DNA of 64,000 nt from Balanoglossus misakiensis (Eukaryota; Animalia; Hemichordata), in assembly GCA_040954595.2 (NCBI GenBank), contig CM082577.2:19566303-19630302 (forward strand), written 5' to 3'. Numbering within the stretch: position 1 is the first letter of the stretch; each line of letters begins with the position of its first letter. This document shows positions 13,863-24,767 of the stretch, in pieces. Below the pieces are notes generated by a model, which worked only from the letters and a program-made list of their open reading frames with translations, did no database searches and had not been told where the DNA came from. Made by a program: the position numbers and the translations under genes.

Positions 13863-14391
13863 AAATCACCATGATCGGTCCCTATAGTCTATATACCATG
13901 CCATTTCGTCTATGATGGGGAAAATTGATAATAAGTTCTAAAAATGAAGATTGTGTCTAGAGTCTACTACAGGTAGAAGTAGGTCTCTAGCAAGTCATTT
14001 GATCACAAAATAACTGACCAATCTCTCTAGTTGTCTTATGCCATAGGAGAGATCGTGACGAACACCTGATTTGACATCATACAAATTATCATTCAGAAAC
14101 TAAGGTTTGAGTTTGTTATAGCGTTGAATTTCTAAGTGAAAACATATTGTAAAATGTTAAATGGTAATGAGTGTCATGTATGTCTTTATTAAATAGTCTA
14201 ATATTTTATGGTAATAATGTCAAGTCCATGACCAGCTGCAGCCGCTGTTATTCGATAAATCAATACCATGTAACTTCCACCCACATGGCAGGAGTATTTT
14301 CCACCCACGTGGTAGGTCATCATCAAACCATGCTCTGAAATTTTCATCGATGATTAATTTCCCCAGCCATCAACTCAAATTAGTTTACTTA

Positions 14392-15181
14392 GGCTGCATT
14401 CACAAACAACTCTGGATGGGGGGGGGGGGGGGGGGGCGGGCGGGAGAATTCAATTTTTTTACCGCTAATTTTCACATGCCCCCCGTACACAACCGAAATA
14501 TTTTCAAATCCCCCCCTTCCGAACTGCCAAAATTTTGAAATCCCCCCCCCCCCCCATTTTCTTTCACAGAGCAAAACACATCACCTAGTATCTATCCCAT
14601 GAAAAGAATTCGAAACTGATGTACCCCTTCACTGAACATTGCTTTTATTTTTTAAGTATTTGTACTCTGTGTTGGGAGACATTGTAAACCGAGAATTGAA
14701 GGGGATGGGTTTGGGAGGGGGTGTCCCCCTCCCATGTAAGAAAATTTTATAAAATACAGAGCTCAAAGCTGCATTTTACCCAGTAATGAACCCGGCAAAA
14801 GCAAATTCTCAACTACCGGTATGTTGGGGAGGACAAATTTAACCGTCGCCGCTCAAAGTTATCATGGGGTTGGGGCAAGTCCCCTGACCTGGGACACTAG
14901 ATAAACCAATCAATGATTGAAAGGTGTTGATGAATGTAGGGGGTGGGTGTGGGAGGGGGTGTCCCCCTCCCCCATTAGAAAATTTTGTAAAATAAAGAGC
15001 GCGAAACTGCATTTTTGTGGACTCAAAATAAATATTTAGTCGTCAAAGTTTTCAAGTCCCCCCCTTTCAGTCCCTAAATTATTTCAAATCCCCCCCTTAC
15101 ATACCCTCAATTTTTTCAAATCCCCCCCCCCCTCAATTCTCCTGCCCCCCCCCCCCTCCAGAGGTGTTTGTGAATGCAGCC
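14392..15181. mobile_element. Harbinger/PIF-like MITE, copy 1
   Basis: TIR GGCTGCATTCACAAACA...TGTTTGTGAATGCAGCC, TSD TTA. Confidence 0.85.
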
Positions 15182-15209
15182 TTACCTATATCAAGTTGTA
15201 ATCCAGTTA

Positions 15210-16020
15210 GGCTGCATTCACAAACACCTCTGGAGGGGGGGCAGGAGAATTGAGGGGGGGGATTTGAAAAAATTGAGGGTATGTAAGGGGGGGGATTTGA
15301 AATAATTTAGGGACTGAAAGGGGGGGGACTTGAAAACTTTAACGACTAAATATTTATTTTGAGTCCACAAAAATGCAGTTTCGCGCCCTTTATTTTACAA
15401 AATTTTCTAATGTGGGAGGGGGACACCCCCTCCCACACCCACCCCCTCCATTCATCAACACCTTTCAATCATTGACTGGTTTATCTAGTGTCCCAGGTCA
15501 GGGGACTTGCCCCACCCCATGATAACTTTGAGCGGCGATGGTTAAATTTGTCCTCCCCAACATACCGGTAGTTGAGTTAATTTGCTTTTGCCGGGTTCAT
15601 TAAAATGCAGCTTTGAGCTCTGTATTTTAGAAAAATTTCTTACGTGGGAGGGGGACACCCCCTCCCAAACCCACCCCCTTCAATTCTCGGTTTACAATGT
15701 CTCCCAACACAGAATACAAATACTAGTATATGTACTTAAAAAATAAAAACAATGTTCAGTTTTAATACCCACTGATGAGGGGAAACATCAGTTTCAAATT
15801 CTTTTCATGGGAGCGCTGTTTTTCTTTTTACAAGACAGATAGGTGATGTGTTTTGCTCTGTGAAAGAAAATGGGGGGGGGGATTTCAAAATTTTGGCAGT
15901 TCGGAAGGGGGGGATTTGAAAATATTGGCAGTTCGGAAGGGGGGCATGTGAAAATTAGCGGTAAAAAAAAATTGAATTCTCCCGCCCCCCCCCCCTCCAG
16001 AGGTGTTTGTGAATGCAGCC
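15210..16020. mobile_element. Harbinger/PIF-like MITE, copy 2 (inverted relative to copy 1)
   Basis: Same TIR, TSD TTA. Confidence 0.85.
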
Positions 16021-16155
16021 TTACTTTAACCAAACATTCCATAATTTCTATCGGAGCATGCCAAACATTCCTGTCACAGTACCGTAATTGATACAAAGGC
16101 AAACTGTTATATTTACTTTCCTGAGTTAATTTTCACGAAGTGTAGTAAAATATCT

Positions 16156-18050
16156 AAATATAGCTGCAAGCAGCGATGACGGGCACAAGCTTAAGCCGAA
16201 GGTCAAAGGTCATATGTGGTCACCCAAAATTTGGGCAAAAAGTTTTGACCCCCATACTAGTCCAGGTCCAACAGAAACCTGACCTCTAGCCCTATTGGTT
16301 TGTCTGAAATTAGAAATGCACATAATTAATGATGTAAAGTGGAAGACTCCATTAATAGTTCGATCCATCCAAACACAAATGATGTACCTGCTCTGGATGC
16401 CGAGATATAGCAAAGTAGGTCAAATGTCACCTGAGGTCACCCAAAATTTGGGCAAAATTTTTGACCCCATACTGATCCATGTCCCACAAGAACAAAACCT
16501 CTAGCCCTATTGGTTAGCCTGGAATTAGGTATGCACATAATTAATGAGTTAAGCAGGTGTTACAGGTGAGCCCCAGTGTTGCCTTTTCAATTTTAGTCCC
16601 AACCTTCCAAACGCCAAGTCTGTACCTGCTCTGGATGCCAAGATATGGTAAAGTAGGTCAAAGGTCACCTGAGGTCATAAAAAATTTGGGCAAGAAATTT
16701 TGACCCTATACTGGTCCATGTTCAACAAAAACCAAACCTATAGCCCTATTGGTAAGCCTGGAATTAGGTATGCACATAATTAATGACATATGCAGGTGTC
16801 ACAGGTGACCCCCATTTTGGCTTTTCAAGTTTAGTCCCAACCCTCCAAACGCCAAATCTGTACCTGCTGTGGATGCCGAGATATAGGAAAGTAGGTCAAA
16901 GGTCACCTGAGGTCACCTAAAATTTGGGCAAGAAATTTTGACCCTATACTGGTCCATGTCCCACAAGAACGAAACCTCTAGCCCTCTTAGTTAGCCCAGA
17001 ATTAGGTATGCACATAATTAATGAGTTAAGCAGGTGTTACAGGTGAGCCTAAAATTGTGCCTTTTATTTTGGTGCCATTGTGCCCATTGACCAATAGACA
17101 GTCACTGTACAGGACTATTGCACAGACCAGAATTCCACAATAAGACATAGACATAGCTTAACCATAGAGGTATAAGTAAAGGTATAAATTTAATAAAAAA
17201 ATTAATATAAAAAAATCGGTCGATTTTTCATATTATTTTTTTTCGCTTAAAATGATTGACAAATGCTAGGCTAGCTGCACACCAAAGTTGGAGTTGATCG
17301 GCTGAACAGATTTTGAGATATGTATGTATATTTATCCAAAATAATATGTGGTCATAGCTTAACTATGTGAAGTATAGGCCCATGGCTTGGGCGAAAAATA
17401 TGAAAAATAATACTTAAAAATCTTCTTCTCATAATGGACTTGGCCCACGGCCTTGAAATTTGGCATGTAGGACACTGACCACATGGTCCACAAAGTATCT
17501 TAACAGAATTTTGATATCTCAATTCATATGCAAATTAGGCCAATTTGAAAAATTTGCCCATATATGGTCATCAGGTCACGTGACTTATTAAACATTCACA
17601 AGGGTACAGATCATGCTCTCATAGGCCTGCACCACTGTGCCAACTTTGAAATTTGTAGGTTCAGCCGTTTTCCAGATCTAGCTGGCCGAAAAAACGACTG
17701 AAGAAGAAGAAGAAAAAAGCCAGTAATACCAATAGGGCCCAAGCCTGCTTGGCTTGGGCCCTAAAAAACTCCAGTAAAAACAATAGGGCCCAAGCCTGCT
17801 GGGCTTGGGCCCTAAAAAACCAGGATAATAACAATAGGGCCCAAGCGCTGCATGCGCTTGGGCCCTAAAAAACCAGGATAATAACAATAGGGCCCAAGCG
17901 CTGCATGCGCTTGGGCCCTAAAAAAGATGAAAAACCCCAGTAATACCAATAGGGCACAAGCCTGCTTGGCTTGTGCCCTAAAAAAAAAAAAAAGATGAAA
18001 AACCCCAGTAATACCAATAGGGCACAAGCCTGCTTGGCTTGTGCCCTAAT
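16156..18050 (+). mobile_element. Helentron-like non-autonomous element, family A
   Basis: 5' end agctgcaagcagc..gggcacaagc, 238-bp internal tandem units, and six 3' hairpins at 17720-18050. Confidence 0.7.
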
Positions 18051-18189
18051 TATATGTGCCTCCCACACCAAAAACCCGTACTTTCTCCGTATGTACACTG
18101 TAGCTGCACATGCGCTCTCGGTGGATGATAGATGACCTTGGGTCATGTCATCAACACGCGACCTTACGTGAGCTGCCATGCCTCCCCAG

Positions 18190-18940
18190 GGCTAGTTATA
18201 CTTTGCGAAACAACGAAACAGCGAAACGACGAAACCATTATTAAAATAGGGGCCAGTCATCAAGACGGTGGCGTATGATTTTTTTAAAAGTTTCCAAATA
18301 AGTTCCTGGTCTGCGGCCTGGTACTAGTGGTTGCGCGCCAAAAAAGAATCCCGCCCCAAAAGGTCAATGTACGAGTATATTCACAGGGCTAAGGATTAGT
18401 TGAAACAAAGCAGTAGTGTCCGTAAGCTTTCGAGGGTCAAACACTGATGGGGGGTAAGAGTAGTAGTTATATATAGAAACACATGTAACTCACACAACAC
18501 AGTATCATTGTCGAAATTTCTTTATTATCTTAATTGCAATTCATGCCTCCCCGCCTTGTGGTATTTAAGGAAATAGTGACAGTTGCTGCCGCATTTTGAG
18601 GTTTCGATCTTTTGTGGTTTCGTTGTGCGCGCGCGTATATTCACTGTGTATATGTAGCAGTTTGGCATGAATCGTTTGCGCGCAAACGACGTCGACTCTA
18701 CCACTACATAGTACCAGGCCGCAGACCAGGAACTGGCGACCCGCCGTTTGTTTCCAACGCCAAATTTGATTCTAAGATTGGAGAAAACAATTTATCTGAC
18801 CTGTAGTTTTCTTGGCTCGCTTACGTTTTAATTTGGAAACTTTTAAAAAAATCATACGCCACCGTCTTGATGACTGGCCCCTATTTTAATAATGGTTTCG
18901 TCGTTTCGCTGTTTCGTTGTTTCGCAAAGTATAACTAGCC
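18190..18940. mobile_element. Mutator-like non-autonomous element
   Basis: TIRs of about 110 bp (GGCTAGTTATAC...GTATAACTAGCC) and 9-bp TSD cctccccag. An inner IR pair lies at 18301-18326 and 18709-18734. A related partial copy is at 28775-29138. Confidence 0.75.
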
Positions 18941-19948
18941 CCTCCCCAGGGATAAGCCTCACCACTGCCCACATGGTAGCTGGGCAGGAACTCTTCGACT
19001 CGCGCACTTACCCTATCCAGTTTTTTGACACTTTCCCGGAAGTGGCTAATGGGCATACCAGCCAACATTTGTGTCAGTAGTTGTATTGATTTTAGCTTCA
19101 CTTCCATCATAAACTGTTGTTTTTTTAAAAATATGTATATTCGGGAAGACTAAAAATGAATGTCAAGAAACGCGACAGATTGAATGTAGCCCGGAAGTTA
19201 TAGAACGTTCATTTATTAGCCAATCAGATTCCAAAATTCTAAATATGGCGGTTTGTGTTTACCTGCCTCTTTGGTGTTTGTCACCCAGGCAGAGTACCAG
19301 CCAATATGCCATGCCGTTCGCCGATGCTGAAGTTAGTGTCGGTTTCGGATTCGGATTCAGTTTCGGATTCGGGTTCGAGAGACTGAAAGTAGTTAAGCAT
19401 TTTCGAGCGACCATCGCGGTTTGGCATCTGCAGTACGAGTATGAAAATAACTCTGTAAAAATATGAATAGTTTTGTTTACACTCACTAGCACTATCCACA
19501 GTAAAACACGACACAACAATATGTACAGTGTGTGGTCACGTTGCTAGCCGTCCACATAATATTACCCTCCATGTGGTCACGTTGCTAACCGTCCACATTT
19601 ATTACCCTCCATGTGGTCACGTTGCTAGCCGTCCACATTTATTACCCTCCATAGACCTACATAAGTCTTGAGTTTAATACAAGAAAGTTAATTACTACTC
19701 GTGAAAGAGAAAAAACCAGAGTACCATGTAAGTGCTAGTAAAAAACCTTTACAAAAGTACATTGCGAAAACAAGTGCTGAATACATCTCGCACTAAAAAC
19801 CAGAGAGAAAACCTATCTATTTAATAGGCCAAAAACTCTGTAAAAGCGTTAGATGTACAGACACACTGACTCTCCACTAAGAACAATAGAATAATACAAC
19901 TCTAAAGAAAAAATTAGCCGTGTAGTCACCTTGCCAGCAACGTGTAGA

Positions 19949-20469
19949 CAGGGGTGCGTTCGACGTACGAAGCGTTCGGGAACGTTCGGAAACGTTTTCA
20001 TGTCGAACGATCTCTTGTCATTGTTTTTCGCGAACGTTTTGTAACAATGGAAGGCGTAAGACGGAGGTGACTCGCGGCGAACAACTCATTAATTCAAAAT
20101 GGCGGACATGTAAGCAGAAGTACGACTCGCAGGGCATATTTTCGAAGAAGTTGCAGAATATTTGTCGATTTAGGTAGTGATAGTTTTACCAAGCGAAAGC
20201 TTGTATTTTTCCCCATCAATACACCAATTTTCATGAATTGTGCCGCTACTGTCTTGTGTAAAACGGTTTAAAAGGGGTATGCACTTCCGGAATCATGTCC
20301 TTGTATGCGCACGCGCACCGGGACGTTCTTGCTTACGGCCGCTGTCTCTGAAAAGTCAAAGGTCATTGACGGCGCCCTCTTGAGAGGCAAGCTTAATATC
20401 GTTCGACGAAGTACAAAAGCGCCCTGCGCAAGCATTCACAAAACGCTTTGTGCGTAGAACGCACCCCTG
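19949..20469. mobile_element. MITE (probable Harbinger/PIF, CWG target) inserted in repeat A2
   Basis: TIR caggggtgcgttc...gaacgcacccctg interrupts A2, which is contiguous in A1. A partial inverted copy lies at 28176-28524. Confidence 0.8.
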
Positions 20470-20640
20470 ACGTTCCGCTAGTGATAGCGCCCTCTATGGC
20501 AACAAAACATTACTTTCTTGTATCTACTACGTGCCTCAAGAAAGTACACGTTTTGTTTACACTCACTAGCACTATCCACAGTAAAACACGACACAACAAT
20601 ATGTACAGTGTGTGGTCACGTTGCTAGCCGTCCACATTTA

Positions 20641-21744
20641 TTACCCTCCATAGACCAAAAACAGAAGGGGAATTAGAGAAGAAACGGCTTTAAATACCCA
20701 GACTCCTTGATACTTAAGTAAGCTATCCACGTCGACTTGAATATACCCATCCTTTGCAGCATCAGATTTCCACCTACCATGTTTCTTAATTAAGCTCCCA
20801 GTCGCTGACTCCAGCGTGAGCTGCTGCAGTTGTTCCCCCAATCCTAAAAGAATGTGTCCCAAAACACGAAACGTCTGGAACAACAGCCCCCAACTTCTCT
20901 CTAACAATCTCCCTAATACACGGGTATAGCTTAACTTTTTATTCAGGTGGACCAAACTGCATTTGCCACCGGATGAAAAGAGTGGTCTAAAAATGAATGC
21001 ATCCTGATTTGTCACAGGCTCTAGAAGGGATAGATACTGCTCCAGCTTAGCAACGGGACACGCTGGACCCCCAGTTCTAGCTACATGAACTGAGTTGCCC
21101 TGTTTACACTGATCTGTTTTGCTTTGGCTAACCCAAATGACAACATGGGAAGTACAAATGTAAATATCCTTAAACTTAATATTGACAACATCGCTATATC
21201 TAAAAAATCCTGCATAAGCTAGCAGGATCAAACAAACGTCTCTAACATCTTTTAACAAACGTGAGTCCTTAAACAGTGAAGTAATGTCTTGTAAAATATT
21301 ACTCGTAACTGGTCGTTTCTTTTGCACAGGTTTTCCCAGGAGGCGACAGGCTGAAGCCACCAAATTTTGCACAAAAGGAATCTCTGTTGGGGATGGTAAC
21401 CCTGCCAAATTGTGGGCCCAACGAATACCGTAATGTGCAACTTCAACATATTGCTTAGTTGCCCCCTTATCCAAGCCACACTGAATTAAATTTGAAAAAT
21501 AAAGGGAAACATGCGCAACCTGTGCAGGAAAAACAGGAAAGCTAAAACTCTTGGCAAAAGTTGCCCAACGGTGAAAAGCTGCTGCGTAAACTCTGGTTGT
21601 TGAATCAGCTTTGGAAGCCATAGCGAAAACTGGCAGTGCCATAGCCAATCTACTGATCTCCGGACTATCACGTGCTAGGCTGTCAATTTCTTTCCATATT
21701 CCAGTGCTGAATACCTCAGTGTCTGTAATAAACAAAAAGTGCAT
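20641..21744 (-). pseudogene. Tyrosine recombinase (phage-integrase family) of the PAT-like element
   Basis: AYAGFFRYSD (first Arg), SKTDQ, CPV, HGRWKSD..DGYI (His/Trp and catalytic Tyr). The THSFR motif is present only in an alternative frame between two frameshifts. Confidence 0.9.
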
Positions 21745-21855
21745 TAAATGTCATTACATAGCTAATGCTAGTGTTCCATGTGCACATAACGTGCTTGGAC
21801 TACAATGATTAGAACATTTGTCTAATACTAGAGTCCGCCATAACGGCCAGTCAAC

Positions 21856-23995
21856 CTATGAGTTGCTGCATAATTTGCATCCACCGGCCGCTGCAGTGCA
21901 AAACCCTGCTTTGCGTACTCTGTTTTTTGTTGTGTAGTCTAGTCTTAGTGCTAGGATTCTAAATCTCAGAGCTTTACCTCCAAAGACTGAGTTTCTACCC
22001 CTGCCCTTGTGAAAAACATTCTCGCCATTTGTCAAATCTAGCCAATCGTGTACACCATCATTGAAGTGCAGGCCATCTGGGCACACTGCTGGCCAATAAT
22101 AGGCAGATCTCCACACAGGGACCACCATCGTTCCCTTGCCCTTGCACTCTTTCAGATACCTCATTGCCTTACCAATCAAGCACACTGGTGGTAATAACCA
22201 GTTATAATCGGATCCCCACAACTGGGTAAAAGCATCAACTGCTTCGGTATTTGGACACCAATACCTTGAGTTAAATCGTAAACATTTTGTGTTATACGAA
22301 CAAGCAAATCTGTCCACTGTAAATGGACCCCACAGAAAGTTCAGATGGTTAAAAATGTCTGGACTAATCCCCCAGTCATCTGTGTCAACCACTTTACTGA
22401 TAAAATCAGCTTTCTCGTTCAGTGTTCTGGGAATCCACTCTGGTAGCAGAGAAATAGCGTTGCTTACACAAAAAGCGTAGATCTGAAGTGCTATTTTTTG
22501 TAACTCTGGCTTCATGCTGCCTTTTGCGATAATGCTCACCACATTTTGGTTATCAGTAAACCACTTTACTGTGTGGCCCTGAATGATGTGCGTAACACTG
22601 ACAAGGATTCTATGAACTGCTTCAAGTTCACGCCATGTAGAGCTCTTACCTGCTTCGAACTGTGACCAGTTGCCCTGTGCAACACAATCCCCATACTCTA
22701 CTACATAGCCACCGTATCCTGTGCTAGAAGCGTCTGAGTACACTACTCTTGTGACTTTGGATGTAAACCTCATGGCTACCCCGTTTAAATTTGGTATGTT
22801 GTCATGCCAAAACCGCAATTCCTGAATCGCTTCCATGCCTAATATTACTCTACTACCCCACGATGAACGTGTATTCAATGCAAAAATTAAATGCCTGGTC
22901 ATCATTAAGACAACATTGCCAATGCCAATTCTCGTGGAAATGACGTGGCCAATTACCTGGGCCAATTTCCTGGCGTGGACTGGAGTGAAGCTTTTTGATG
23001 AACTACAGTTAGACAGCAATTCGACCAGTAAACCATGCAATCTTTGCAGACGACGAACGGGTATGAAAAACTTACCTTGTTCCAGGTCAATCTCTACACC
23101 TAGCCATTCCAGCTTTTGCACAGGCTCCCAAACACTCTTACCTTGGTTAATTGCAAGTCCAAATGCTACCAAGTCATGTTCCACCTTATGTGATGCAACT
23201 GTGGCAGATTGCAAAGAACTCCCAGCACCGAGCCCGTAATCTAGGTAAACAACTACTGCCTTACCTTCCCCTCTCCATTTTGCTACTAGAGGGCGTAGTA
23301 ACTTAGTAAAAACATATGGTCCTGAAGACAACCCAAATGGGAGAACACAGAAAATAAAATACCTTCTTGTCCCGTTGAAAACCCAGGAAAACCCCAGAAA
23401 TTTGTGATGAGCTGGGAAAATTTCAACATGGTGATAACCTGACTTTAGGTCAAACTTAAACATGAAACTCCCTAGTACCAAAAACTCTTTTGCAATACTC
23501 AAATCTTCACAGCGAAAACTTTGCTTGAAGATGTGCAAATTAACCTTACGTAAATCTAAAATCAAACGCTTCTTTCCGTCGTGATTTAGTGCCACTGAAA
23601 GAGGATTGCACACAAATGGAACCTCATTGATCTCCTCTATGGCCCCTGAATGCAAAAGCTTGCCTATTTCTGAAGAAACAAAATCACTATATAGAACAAG
23701 CCGAGCGATTATTTGATGCGAATGATGAAGGAGGCGATGAAAACAGAGGTAACTTGTAACCAAATTCGATAAGCTCCAAAATCCAATTTGGCGCGTTAAT
23801 TTCCCGCCATTTTGCAAGATGACGCTTCAAGCCTCCCTTAACGATGACGTCATCATGAGGACGACAAATAAAACTCTCCCCTAAAATAGAGGCTTCTTTT
23901 GTAAACCCAATTGCATCAGAGAAATCTCCCTCCCATGACAATAAAGAGCAAAATACAGCCCAAAATATTGCAGGGAACATTGATATTTTGGCCAA
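21856..23995 (-). pseudogene. RT / RNase H / DNA N6-adenine methyltransferase-like polyprotein (frameshifted, catalytic mutation)
   Basis: RT motifs KRLILDLR, FDLKSGYHH, LPFGLSSGP, and YLDY instead of YLDD. RNase H motifs YSDASSTG, WRELEAV, FTDNQN, EWIPR..ADFISK. MTase-like DRFA...VDAF..W..WLLPP at about 22090-22380. A 1-bp insertion near 23698 splits the ORF. Confidence 0.9.
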
Positions 23996-24032
23996 TACTT
24001 AACTTTTCAGCCTGGGTGTCATGTCGTCCTTG

Positions 24033-24767
24033 TCACATCGGACCATTTCCTGAGCCGCTGCTGGTTCCCGCCAAAACTCCTTGTAGTACCCCAGTACTGT
24101 TAGAATGTCCCACGGAACGGCATTCATGTCTGAAATGTCCGGGCTTTCCACAAGCAAAGCATAGACCGCTACGTACTCTCTTCGCATCCCTATCTCTGAA
24201 GAACGGCCCTTGGGTACCAACGGCGGCGTTATCTGTGCATTGCCCCTGTCGCTCGCGACCTCTGAACTTCTGTTTCTTTTGGCGCTGTTCTTTGGAACGA
24301 CGGCCTGCTCTCAGTTCAGCTTTCCAAATACGCTTCTCATCTTCGCTGTCCTCAGCCAACTCATGCGAGCGATATTCCTGCGCTGTTGCCCATCCATATT
24401 CTGAATTTTCCGCCAGCAGAATCAATTTTTGTCTCTGTCCTATCTCATTAATACCTTCGTCAATCTTCTTTAGTGCTCCTTCGTATCTTTTAGCTTCCAA
24501 CTCCGTTTTGGTCTCTTCGATGATGTCCAACACCTTGTCGTTGTGCTTATATTGGTCCGCATTAGCCTGCTTTTTGAAGGTCGGGGCTTCTTTGTGTTTC
24601 AGACGTTTGAACTCGCCCATGACCTCGCGCGCGGTTCCTTCTTGCGCGGTGCTGAGCTCGTTTTTCATAACTTGTAATTTCTGAGTGATAAGCTGATTAA
24701 TAGAAGTCAGCAACTGCCCGTTGTTAGCCTGGATGGCTTCAGAAATGGTTGAAGACTGGTCTTCCAT
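24033..24767 (-). CDS. Gag-like ORF1 with CCHC zinc knuckle
   Basis: ATG at 24767 (MEDQSS). Contains RQKLILLAENSEYGW..EYRSHELAEDSEDEKRI typical of DIRS/PAT gag, and CFACGKPGHFRHEC. Confidence 0.85.
   Translation of the reverse strand: MEDQSSTISEAIQANNGQLLTSINQLITQKLQVMKNELSTAQEGTAREVMGEFKRLKHKEAPTFKKQANADQYKHNDKVLDIIEETKTELEAKRYEGALKKIDEGINEIGQRQKLILLAENSEYGWATAQEYRSHELAEDSEDEKRIWKAELRAGRRSKEQRQKKQKFRGRERQGQCTDNAAVGTQGPFFRDRDAKRVRSGLCFACGKPGHFRHECRSVGHSNSTGVLQGVLAGTSSGSGNGPM

Noticed and set aside
17720-18050. CRISPR-like array of palindromic repeats
   Set aside because: There are no unique spacers and no cas genes, the context is eukaryotic, and the units match the 3' hairpin of a dispersed repeat (37550-37595).
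23911-24684. 257-aa plus-strand ORF
   Set aside because: It is the antisense shadow of gag, with no recognisable motifs.
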